NCBI RefSeq assembly: GCF_006345805.1
Contig: NC_043007.1
Location: 60,698,001-60,762,000 of the forward strand
DNA: 64,000 nucleotides
DNA from: Octopus sinensis
Taxonomy: Eukaryota
Direction of reading: 5' to 3'
Shown here: positions 40,372 to 51,700 of the stretch, in pieces
Position numbering within the stretch: position 1 is the stretch's first letter
How the letters are laid out: each line of letters opens with the position of its first letter
Program-made: the position numbers and the translations under genes
Notes under the pieces: generated by a model
The model's input: the letters and a program-made list of their open reading frames with translations, nothing else
What the model was told of the DNA's origin: nothing
Database searches by the model: none

Positions 40372-42478
40372 ATCAAACACTCGGTCACCAAGGGTGTCCA
40401 CTCTCATTGCTTTTGTATGTTTTGGCTCTTGAGCTGTTACTGCAAAAGGTTGAGTGACATCCCAAGAGTGCCAGGATGTTGAAAGTCGGTTTCAGCTTAT
40501 GCAGATGACGAAAATGGAACACTTACAGGAGGTAGGCAAGGCCATTGAGGTTTATGAGACGGTGGCAGGAGCAAAGATTAACCTGGAAAAATTGGTCGGC
40601 TTGCAACTTGGTACCTGGAGGGGCAAGTCGATGCCTTCAGACAGCGTCGTAGGACTTTGACAGAGGGCCCGGTTAAGTTGCTAGGGTTCTGGTTTGGTCA
40701 AGACCTCCATGTAGAGAAGAACTGGGCTGAAGTTACGAGCAGAGTGGCTCACATAGTCAGAACCTGGTCTTGACAGTGGCTGTCCCTGAAAGGGCGGGCA
40801 GAGGTGGCCAATGTGTTCCTCGCATCGGTTGTAATGACCAATGTGATGAACACATTGGCCTACCGTCTAACCATTATTATTTGCTGGATTCATGGTTGAT
40901 CAAGTTGGAAAGACAGCTCTTTCATTTTTGTGTGGAAGGGCTCAAAGCCAGTTGTAAAACGCTCTATTTGCTGTCAAAGACTGTTAAAGGGAAGACTAGG
41001 GATGCCTTGGCTGTTGATGCGCAAACACACACTGAGGTTGAGACATCTATGGATTCTTCTGGATGGTGAACGGGTGTGGTCTCTGCTGGTGAAACAAACG
41101 TATCCCTCATTTGCTAGTTTTGGTGGATGGGAAGCCTGGTGCTTTCGTAGATCTAGGTTGAGTGAATGGCATACGGAGTGTCACATAGCCCTCCTGCTAT
41201 TCCATTGCTCAGATAATGCCAGTGGTGACAGTACTACAGTAGAGACTCAGAGTCTCAGGCATATTCAACTTGACAGCCTGTTTTTTCGTACGTTTGGGTT
41301 GTGGACACTGGATAACTTCCAAAAGTCCTTGACCTGGCAATGTTACAGAGGTTTGGGATAAGCTTCCAAGACACAGTCAATGTGATACGCCAACTTGCGC
41401 AAGATGTGAGCGGGATAGAGAAACCGTCCTGCACGCTTTTGTTCAGTGTCCAGAGGTATCGGAGATGTGGACTTATGCGGAACATCTGTTGTCTGGTACA
41501 GGAAGAATACAGCTATCGACTGAGTCAATTATAAAAATTGACCCGCCTAATTTTCTGTCAAATGAAGGTAAGAATTGCTTTCTCACTGTAGTACCAATAG
41601 CGAAAGAGATGGTATGGAAGACAAAAATGAAAGGAAGGTGTTCCTTCGATTTAACTTGACAAAACCAAAACAAACATTTGACTGTTTCCATGACAACTCG
41701 ACAATTCACTTCAAATAATTTCGTGACAGTTGCTGAAATAGAAGGAGAAGAAAGCTGATGGGTTGTGTGTGCATGCTTGTTCTTGTCTGTGTGTGCGTGT
41801 GTGCTTGTTCTTGTCTGTGTGTGTGTGTGCTTGGTCTTGTCTGTGTGAGCGTGCGTGCTTGTTCTTGTCTGTGTGTGCGTGCGTGCTTGTTCTTGTCTGT
41901 GTGAGCGTGCGTGCTTGTTCTTGTCTGTGTGTGCGTGTTCTTGTCTGTGTGTAGACAAGAATAAGCATGCACACACACACAGACAAGAAAAAGCACGCAC
42001 ACACAACCCATTAGCTTTCTTCTCCTCCTCCCATTTTAGCAGCTGTCACGGAGGTCTGTGGAGTTGTCACAGAAACAGTAGAATGTTTGTTTTGGTTTTG
42101 TCAAGGAATGCCGAAAGGAGTAATGACAGGCAGCTTCATCTCTGGCCTTGCCTTACAAAGATAGAGAAGAGGTGTCTGTTGGAGAAAGTGTTTAACGAAA
42201 GCTGGAAATATGTAGCATGAGTGTTGCGAGTGGTTGTAACTGTGTGAATATACCATAAAGTGTCTTAAAGGTATCAGTGGTGAATTGGGGCTCGTGGGGT
42301 CAGAGCTGAACCCAAACACCACTCCATCTGTGTTGTCTGTTGTGTTGTCATCATTTTTTGTATGTATTATATATAAATTTTTAACTGCATTTTCTTGTAA
42401 AATTCATTTTGTTGTATCTGACCCCTCAGATTGTACTATCCCCATCTATGTTGGCCCCTAGTGGATAATAAAGAATCA
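40372..42478 (+). mobile_element. Tx1/L1-clade LINE relic (ORF2 RT 3' part + 3'UTR)
   Basis: QGCPLSLLLYVLALE, SAYADD, GAKINLEK, SLKGRAEVAN, GRLGMPWL...LRLRHLW and a C-terminal zf-RVT-like region. 3'UTR ends near aataaa. Confidence 0.85.
41637..42112. mobile_element. Non-autonomous foldback/MITE with long imperfect TIRs, internal minisatellite and 8-bp TSD
   Basis: TSD gaaaggaa (41629-41636) / gaaaggag (42113-42120). Arms ttgacaaaaccaaaacaaacatt... and ...aatgtttgttttggttttgtcaa. The second Tx1 copy shows the empty site gaaaggaa. Confidence 0.8.
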
Positions 42479-42479
42479 A

Positions 42480-45140
42480 GTATGATGGCAGCCATTTTTC
42501 TAGTTTAGTCATTTCTGACCACAGTGTAATGGAGGAGAATTGTGTTTTTGAGACTTGCTGTTGTTATTACAATTATCATTACTGTTGAAGTGACTTATGT
42601 GTATTTGTTATTTGCTGTTTTTCTCCCTATTGTGGGTGAGAAAAGGCTTAGCTTTTCCTATCATGGAAAGCTATGCAAGGACTGCTGCACTGTTGGAAGC
42701 AAGGCAGATGGAGGTTGATATGGAGGAGGTTTTGAGAGGTGAACAACTTATGTAGAGGGTAGGAGACACTATCAAGCTGGTCCCTCCACAGAAAACAGTG
42801 AAGGATGGGAGCGATGGGACGGTAGTGTACCGCACACAAGCAGTCGCCACCAGCAGGATGGAGAGGTTGTTGGAGGACGATGTTGAGGAGTGTCTGGGAG
42901 ACGTAATGAGGAAAGCTACTTTTATTGGCAGAGGAGGAGGATACGGCACGGTGGAGGTGAGATTTGTCACCAAAGAGGAGGCAGCCTCACATTTCACCTC
43001 AATTCTGTGGTCAAGCAGGGTAGCACTGTTGCCCATGTACGGGAGAGAGTGCAGAGTTCGAGTCAGAGTGGCGAGAGTGCTGCCTGAAATCAAGACAGAG
43101 TGGTTGGTAGTGGCTGTTCTGGCTGCCACTGAGGAGAGTTCAGAACTGGGACCAATGGGAGAGACAAATACATTAAACTGGTGGGGATTCAGTGTAGAGA
43201 TATGGATTTTTGCCATGTTTGGGGACATAGGATGAGTCCCCTACCAGATTGAGATAGCAGAGGAAGGTGTGTTGAAGGTTGTTGTAGAGGGACGACAACC
43301 CAATTGTTGTATATGTGGAGTGAGGGGTCATGTGAAGACACAGTGCTCCAGGTTTGAGCATGCTCGAAGGTAGGAGAAGGGGAGCAGGAAAAGGAGATGG
43401 GAGAGCTGAAACAGGGAAGGACAGGAGCAATATTGAGTGTGGCAGTGATGCAAGGGAGAAGAAAGGAATTGAGGTAAGAGGTCGAGGAGGGGAGTGATGG
43501 GTTTGTTGGCCCCAAAAGAGGAAGGAAGGCTAGAACAGGGACCAGCAACAGAAGCCAAGAGGAGGCCACAAAGGGTTGAGGAACAACCTAAACTTGAAAG
43601 TACGCAAGCAGCAGGAAGAGGAACAACAAAGAAAGAGGAATGTAATTGAAAGGGATTCTGATGGTCTGCAAAAGGAGTGTGGAGGTGGAGAAAAGAATGG
43701 CAGAGTGGAAGGGACTGGTGAGAGTGAAGCTGCTGAGAGAGGAGTTTGACAGAGATGATAGAGGAGTTCTTGTGCGGGACAGTGGGGTTTGATGGATTTG
43801 TGGATGCATTCGGTGGATTGGTAAGTGTGATGGACAGGATATGGTTGCATGACACTCCACCGTCTGTAGTGAAATATGAACAGTATAAGGAAAAAAAAAG
43901 AGGAAAGACTGTCAAAAAATCATGTATAAATGCAAACATTCGACTCAAAGGGAATCATATAAGATTTATTGTTGGGCAAGTTGGAGAGACAGATCTTCCA
44001 CTTCTTGTGGAAAGGCTCGACTCCACTTGTGAGACATTCTATCTGCTGTCAAACACCATTGAAGTGTGGACTAGGGATACCTTGGCTGTTGATGCGCAAA
44101 CATGTGCTGAGGTTGAGGCATCTTTGGCTCCTCCTGGATGGTGAATGGGTGTGGTCTTCACTGACGAAACGGATGTTTCCCAGGTTCACTAGTTTTGGTG
44201 GACAAGAAAACTGGTTCCATCGAAGATCGAAATAGGGTACATTGTACACGGAGTGTCGTAAGGCTCTCCTGCTTTTCTGTCACTCGGGCAATGCCAGTGG
44301 TTTTGGTACAACCACATAATTTTATAGCAGGTTGGTAGAGTCTTGATGTGATGATGCCCTAGGGGAGACCCTGGGTCTCGATAATAATCAACTGGACAGT
44401 CTGTTCCAATGGATGTTTGGGCTGAAGACATTGGATAACTTCCAAAAGTCTCTGGCCTGGCAATGTTACTGAGGGGCCTTACCCATTTGGGATAAGCTTA
44501 CTAGACACGGTCATCCCAGCCCATCGGCCTGTCCAAGATGTGAGCAGGATAGGGAAACCATCCTGCACACTATTGTTCAATGTCCGGAAGTGTCAGAAGT
44601 GTGGGCTTATACAGAACACCTGTTGTCTGACACAAGAAGAGTACAGCTGTCGTCTGAGTCAATTATAAAATTTAACCCACCTGATTTTCTAACAAAAAAA
44701 GGTAAGAATTGTTTTCCCATGGTAGTAGCAATCACAAGAGAGGTGATATGGAAGTTGAGAATGAAAGGAATGGCAACAGGCAATTTCATCTCTGGTCTGG
44801 GGCTAGTGAGTTTTTTCACTTCTCACCTGAAAAGGAAATGCCTGTCAGAGAAAATGTTCAAAGATAGATGGAAGCATGTAGCATGAGTGCTGAGTGTGAA
44901 AGATACCTCATGAACATGCCATAGACCTTATCACAAGTATCAGTGGTGGGACAGGGCTCGTGGGGTTGGAGCATAATCCCATTTCATGACCTCATTTGTT
45001 TTGTCTTTTGTTCGTCTATCATTTGTTTTACATATTTTTATGTAAAGGAAACTTTTTGCTGGTGGAGCAATACAATTTTTGCTCTTATGACAGGACTGAA
45101 GCTACGTTGTTTTCCCATTATTAATCAATTGTATAATAAC
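42480..45140 (+). mobile_element. Second Tx1/L1-clade relic with ORF1 (CCHC knuckle) and internally deleted ORF2
   Basis: ORF1 from ATG 42663 with C-x2-C-x4-H-x4-C (CCICGVRGHVKTQC, 43305-43346). Jumps at about 43960 into the ORF2 C-terminus, paralogous to 40900-42220. Confidence 0.82.
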
Positions 45141-45223
45141 ATTAAATTATAACACTATATAGTGCAGTTAGGCTAGTTGTGTGATCACCCATTTTGGCAA
45201 AAAAATTTGCATACATATTACAT

Positions 45224-45446
45224 GGTCTTAAATTAATTTTGCCGGTAAATTTGAAACATTTATATTAATTTAGCATTAGAATTCTTCAAGTCGTATAAAA
45301 ATAGTTATTGTCTGCATCATTCAAAAGAGAAATACATTCTGCATAAGGTGTAAAAGATAAAAATAATTTGTATGGTGTTAGTAACAAAATATTTTGTAAG
45401 AAATAGAACTTTTATCATCGGTCTTAAATTTATTTTCGCCAGTGTA
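45224..45446. mobile_element. Solo right arm of an IR/DR-type Tc1 element
   Basis: Terminus ggtcttaaatttattttcgccagtg|TA and an inner direct repeat ggtcttaaattaattttgccggta about 200 bp upstream. Confidence 0.55.
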
Positions 45447-45792
45447 TATTTACACACACACACACCAGCATACCTGTGTCATGAAATATGCAGAGTTTTA
45501 TTAATGATAGAATATGAGATAAACCATTAATAATTGTCAGCAATCTAGTAAGTATATGTACATACAAAGAATTGAATCACTTGAACAATCAGATACGATT
45601 ATAATGTGTGAATATACACACACACGCACATCTGTACATATACATATATATGTACATATAAATACACACGTATATATATATACACCTATATACATATATA
45701 TACACACACACAGATGCCACCACAAAGTATATTAACATACATTTATATACACATATAAATGCACAGACATATCTCTCTCTCTCTTGCATACA

Positions 45793-45827
<35 letters not shown>

Positions 45828-46059
45828 TTATACTCATATTCATATATACCTATGGATATGCATAGATATACATGTGTGTATGCATGTGTGAGTATATGAA
45901 TTATGCATGCATGTATGTTTGTTTACATTTTTTAGAAATCAGTAAAACATGTTATCCTTTACACTTGGAAAAGGAAATAGGGCCTTGTATCAGAAATGGT
46001 AAAAATTGGAAAATGGACTAAAGAAAAAAGAGAAAAATGAAAGTACATATCTATATCTA

Positions 46060-46094
<35 letters not shown>

Positions 46095-47960
46095 ATGCAT
46101 GCATGCATTTTCTTGTTCTGTAAAAATTTCTTTCAAAATATTTCTGAAAACTTTAAACATGCTGCATGTTCTGCTTATCATGTATTAGGTATGCCAATCA
46201 CGATGTGAGGTCTATTAGTGATAATGAAAACTTGCCTGATTCTAAATTTAAGGCAATTTCTTTTTAAAAAACAAATACTACTCCTTTTCATTATTCACAT
46301 TGTCAATATCACAATATGTAACAAAATGCAAACTTATACTTTATTTACAGGAAAGAGTTCAATTATCCAAAAGAAACATTGCATTAAGAATCATAACAAC
46401 AGTAATATCAATGATGAGGTTTTAAATAATAATCCTACTTAAGAGCAGCTAAAAAAATTGATTTCTAAGGAAAAGGATGTGAGATTATGTGCTATGCTTT
46501 TCTCAAGACAAACTGTTGACAAACAAAGTCAAATCAGTTAACAACTGTAAAAAATCAAACAATTTAGTTGGTAAAATATATTGATAGTGCTTTCTCCATT
46601 AAAACCTGTGTGTGAGCCTCAATGTGGTTGTTCAACCTGATAAAATAGCAACCAAATCTCCTCCACATTATACCCTGCTCTCTTAAATGAAGGACCCATT
46701 ATATAATGTAGTCATCTTAGATGCACTATGCTTGATATATGCACGGAGAGTCATGGCTGATGCCTTTCATCAGAACTCTGCTTGATCAAAGCAAATAACA
46801 AAACAATAAAAATGGTGTCAAGTATTTGTTAATACTAAATATTTTGATACACCAAAAGATTTCACACAACTATTAAAAACACTTATTTCTCGGAAAAAAA
46901 ACAACAACCATCACCTACCCTATTTGAAACTAACAAAACATATTTAGAAAAATGAATGTTATTTGGGTTGAGTATTTGCAAAATTTAAACACTATAGTAC
47001 AGCTGAAAGGGTGTAACCTATTAATATTACAAAAATAAATTCAATAAAGTTAATATAAAAACAATTTTCTTTTTTTAACTCTGAAAATGGAATATTACTT
47101 TATCTCTGACTGAAGAACAACCACGATTGTTTAGCTTTTGGTTGGCCAGTATTGAACAGATATATGATTCTAACTATAACTATCCTACCTTTTCACAGAC
47201 AATGCATATTGGTGGATGGTAGAATTCTGATGATGACAGGGATACAGTTGTTTGACGAGCTAAGTGGATGAACATTCCACAGACATGGATATCTTTAAAG
47301 TAATTCTCAGGCAAAATCAGTGTGACATAGGCTTCTACAGTTTCCAGCTACTTATATTTACTCACAGATTATAAGTTGACCTGCAGTTAGAAAATGACAT
47401 TTGCCCAAAATACCATATAGTGGAATCAAACCTGAAAACTTGTGGTTCTAAAGCAAACCATTCAGATATACTACTTCTACAGACAGTGTATATAGAGCTC
47501 TACATCATCCAATGCATCCTTTCTTTAAGACAGAGGTTATGATTTGAGAAAGGTTTCAATGTTTTTTCTAGCAAGATGAGCAACCACAAAGAGGCTCCTT
47601 CAACTATTGTAGCTACATTACACATCAATGGATCACAAAACAAGAATTTGTTCTTTTACTTACAGCATATTTTGTGTTATTTCTGAAGCAATGGGAAATA
47701 ATATTTATTTGTTTAATGTATTAGAAAATTATTATAGATCAACCTTGTTACCCTTCGAATGATATATTTAACCGATCTACAACAACTTTCTTTAACAAGA
47801 AACTAATAAATTAATTATTTCTTATGTTTTCTGGAGGTAGAATGTTACTTTCATTTGTTCAAGTATCCATGTCTTAATCCATTTCCTGTACAAGACTCAA
47901 CAAGTGATTAATTAAAATAAATTTGTAATTTGCACAAGTATGAGGTTTTAAATGTCATCA

Positions 47961-49454
47961 TTATGGTATCCAGGTGATAACTTCTGTGATCTTTGACTGT
48001 CTATGATTTTGAGCGGCTATGGATTCGCATAAGTCTTCAACAGCATAAAAACTGTCAAAATTTTCACAATTGTTCTCTTCTAAGAATCTTCTCACCGTTG
48101 ACAGAGCAAGTCCAACATCTGTTGTAGAGACAGGTAGCATCACATCTTTATCATCTTCATCATTGCTGTTGTTACTATCTGTTGATTTTGCATCATCATT
48201 CATGAATGAGGCAACCAGTTCTTCATATGTTGGGATACTGTAACACTCCAGATCATCATCTTGGGCTACATACTCTTCAAACTGCTCTTTTGTCAACATA
48301 GTAGGAGGGACTACCACATCTTCTTCAGCAGGTGGAGTGTCAACACATGTAAAACCAGCTTTCTGGAAACAACTGATTATTGTAGAAGTCTTCAAATTGT
48401 TCCATGATTTTGCAATTAAATGAAAAGCATCCAATAATGTGATTTTCTTGGCATTTGCTTTAATCTCTGGATGACCATTAATGTCAAGAATAAGATTTCT
48501 GACCAAGGCACTTCTATATAGTGATTTCAAAGCTTTTATAATGCCTTGGTTGCATGGTTGTTTTACTTTTATTATTTTTGATGGAAAAAACATCAGTTTG
48601 ACTTGTTTGAGATTTGTAATTGCTGGGTGGGCAGTACAACTATCAACAAGTAATACAATTTTTCTTTTCTTTCGAGTCAGCTCTCTGTCAAATTCTCTCA
48701 GCCATGTAGTAAATATCTCTACAGTCATCAAAGCGTTTTTACTGTGTTTGTAGGTCACCGGAAGTGTTTTCCCATTGAGGCTTCTGGGGTCTTTATTTTT
48801 GCCAATCACTAATAATTTTCTTTTGTCATTTCCTGACATATTGGATGCCCCCATAATTGTAACTCTATCTTTGTAATTTTTGGTTCTGCTCTTTGTCTCT
48901 GTCTTGGAGGTAAGCGTAACATCTGGAAGGGCTCTGTAGAACAATCCAGTTTCACCTGCAATGTAGATGTCATCGGGATTATAAGTCTGTAGAATCTCAG
49001 GTAATACTGTACGTGTCCAGTTATCAACTGCATCTTTCTTCTCACAATTAAGCTTTTTGAATCTGATGTTATGTCTTACTTTCCATCGAGATAACCATCC
49101 ACTTGTAGGATTGAACTCTGCTCTGTTTAGATGCTCTGCTAAATCTTTGGCCTTTTCCGACAGAATAGGTCCTGATAAAGGAATGCCTCTGGACTTGGCA
49201 TTGTTGAACCATTGAGATAATGCCCCCTCTACATCAGCATCTTTTCCAGATCTTTGCCTTTTTCTCTTTGGATTGGCATTAGATCGATAGTTTGCTATAA
49301 TTTCTTCTTTCTTTGCGGTCAGTCTGGATATCTGGGATTGTGAACATCCCAGTTTCTTTGCCACTTCTGTTTGGGACATCTTCTGCCCCAGTAGAATAAC
49401 TGCTTCATACTGGTCAGCGATTGACAGATCGTTTCTTTTCCTCTTGGTTGTCAT
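47961..49454 (-). CDS. pogo/Tigger-derived TIGD-like protein (psq HTH + CENP-B HTH + DDE_1-like domain), probably domesticated
   Basis: Uninterrupted 497-codon ORF from ATG. HTH region (VAKKLGCSQSQISR), CENP-B-type ALSQWF...GIPLSGPILSEKA...GWLSRWKVRHNI. Triad positions read IAGETG (D->G), LVDSC (D), QPCNQG (D->N), with 30-residue spacing between the last two. Confidence 0.85.
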   Translation of the reverse strand: MTTKRKRNDLSIADQYEAVILLGQKMSQTEVAKKLGCSQSQISRLTAKKEEIIANYRSNANPKRKRQRSGKDADVEGALSQWFNNAKSRGIPLSGPILSEKAKDLAEHLNRAEFNPTSGWLSRWKVRHNIRFKKLNCEKKDAVDNWTRTVLPEILQTYNPDDIYIAGETGLFYRALPDVTLTSKTETKSRTKNYKDRVTIMGASNMSGNDKRKLLVIGKNKDPRSLNGKTLPVTYKHSKNALMTVEIFTTWLREFDRELTRKKRKIVLLVDSCTAHPAITNLKQVKLMFFPSKIIKVKQPCNQGIIKALKSLYRSALVRNLILDINGHPEIKANAKKITLLDAFHLIAKSWNNLKTSTIISCFQKAGFTCVDTPPAEEDVVVPPTMLTKEQFEEYVAQDDDLECYSIPTYEELVASFMNDDAKSTDSNNSNDEDDKDVMLPVSTTDVGLALSTVRRFLEENNCENFDSFYAVEDLCESIAAQNHRQSKITEVITWIP

Positions 49455-49739
49455 TTTTTTTTGTTTTTGTCTTCTCTAAACCACTCAATTGAATAAATAT
49501 AATTTGAATATCGATTTATAAGAGCCAGAAGGTGACAGCTTACTCCAAGCTTGGTATGATCAAGTCCATTACTTATGTACATCTAATTTATCTTCCACCC
49601 GGTAGAAGCTATTTCATTATCAATACATATCATCTGTTGGCATGAAGATCATTTGAATTATCAACTGAGGTTTTGCCATATCCCATTCATATTTTCCAGT
49701 TACCCAGACTTAACAAGATCCATAGGCCCATCCATAAGC

Positions 49740-51700
49740 CCCAACATCGACTTTCATATACTTTGAAATAACGATAACTTGGGTTACGCGAATTAAGAAA
49801 ATTCAGTTGCCTCAATCGCCGGTTCACGAAATAGATAATGAAAATAACAAAAAACGTCCATTCACCGCTTTGATTCAAAACTACTGCTTTACAAATTTTA
49901 TCTACAACAAAGATTTTTTGAAGAAATTGACTACGCAGCGGGACCAGAAACAAAATATAAAAGGAATCGAACTTCAACAGTCTTTAAATGTTTTGATATT
50001 GCAAGATTAACTTCGATTTACTTCCTGGTTTGACTATTGTCAGTTTAATTCATCATAAAACAAGCTTCCACAGTCATTTTATGCATAGAAAATCAAATAA
50101 ATGGTTATTTTTATGCTACATTTTGTTTTGTGTTACTTAAAATTCGAATAAATCTTATACAATTAATCGGAATTAATTCCGATGAAATGGCCCTACGTTT
50201 CTTTTAACGACTCGAATTTCAAACACAAAAATGTACTTGCACTTTTGATTAATCGTGCTTCGATGAGGTTCAGAATAATACAAAAATAATAATGCCTAAG
50301 CTAGATAAACTAATTTTTTTTCTTAATGTCTGCATTACAAAAAAAAAATAAAAAAGCTATAACATCCTATATGGAGAAATTACATTCTGACAGAAAGTTT
50401 TGTATTTGGAAATAAATTATAGAAACTTTCTCTCACCAATCCACGTTGTCTTTCCACAGGTATCACAAGTCGCTTTCTTACACATTATGAAAATTTTCGT
50501 GTTTTGTTTCTTCCAAGGTCCCGAATATTATATTTATAAGTGTCAAAAGTCTCAACTTTCCCCCAGCAACTCAAAAGCCTCCGAAATCTACAGGAACAGA
50601 TTTGAAACCGCAGTGGACATATTTTTCTACGTTAAAAGAAATAGTTTCACCTATTGGCCTCCTTATAAAGGAATGTTTCGTAATTATGTTAAGAAAATTA
50701 ATTGCTTTTCATTAATTTCTATACAAATTATAAATACTGTTTCATTTACTTTTGTAAATTTTCGAAGTAATTAAACACCATAAGAAAAAAATTGTAATAC
50801 ATTAAAAATAGTTTCAGTTATTGTTCTCCTTGCAACTGAATGCTTCATAATTATATTATGGAAATTTTCTTTTCATAAATTTATGGATAAATTATAAATA
50901 TTATTTCGTTTATTTCTGTAAATTAAACACCTTGGGCAAAAAATAAACAAAATTAATTTATTATGTTTGCAAGCAGTATAACGAACTGTGTATAAGGATT
51001 ATGGCGTAGTAATACGTAATCTCAGCCAGAAGGATAGGGTGGAGATCCTTCCGTCTTAATCAATATGACTATAATATATAAGAATGCTTATTAAATAGCT
51101 TCAACTAAAATAATAACAGTGAATAACAATTTCTCATAATAGCACAACTTCAGAGTGTATTATGAATAAAGCTTATAGATTTTGTAAATACAGCATTTCC
51201 TTTCTAGGCAACTACCGATTCCTATTCTTTTTTTTTTTTTCGCGGCAGAACGAACTTCTTTCAGTTTATAAATTTTATTATAGTTATAGATGTGGTCAAA
51301 TTGAAACGTAATATACATGTTATCTCTTTTCTCGTTAAATATTTATACGGCATTCGTAAATGCACCATAACTTCTGTTCGTTTGGATTGTAGATTGGCAG
51401 AATCGTTAGAGCATAGGTGAAAATGTGTTGCGATATTTCTTTCGACTTTTTACTCTTGGAATTCGTTTCTCGCTGAGGTCATCTTTGACTTTAATCTGTA
51501 GCAAGATGCGAACTTGCGTTGCCATACATCCTTTCGGGGTCGATAAAATGAAAGAACAGTCAAGAATTAACCCCCTCCCTTCATAACTGCGAGTCTTGTG
51601 TCTAAATTCGAAACCCTTATGTATAAGTGCAATGAGAAGGAACAGGAAAACGGGAAAGGTAGGTATGTTGGGGGAACCCCCTCCAACAATTGAAGAAAAA
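49740..51700. promoter_or_regulatory. CpG-retaining promoter-like region for the microprotein/TIGD unit
   Basis: Local CG enrichment judged by eye, the TATAAAT motif, and a perfect palindrome atcggaattaattccgat at about 50166-50183. Confidence 0.45.
50437..50485 (-). CDS. Cys/His-rich microprotein, exon 1 (MCKKATCDTCGKTTWI-G)
   Basis: ATG at 50485-50483, 49 nt, donor ATT G|gtgaga (phase 1). TATAAAT on the minus strand at 50538-50532, inside a CpG-retaining region. Confidence 0.8.

Noticed and set aside
46755-46775. CTGATGA followed by a short stem on the minus strand
   Set aside because: There is no GAAA, and it lies inside an ordinary SINE-like tail (related sequence near 4700-4800).
49455-50437. 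In-frame fusion of microprotein exon 1 to the TIGD ORF
   Set aside because: All nearby AG acceptors were tested. Those at 49475, 49473 and 49470 are out of frame, and the one at 49483 reaches TAG. Kept only as a conditional hypothesis.
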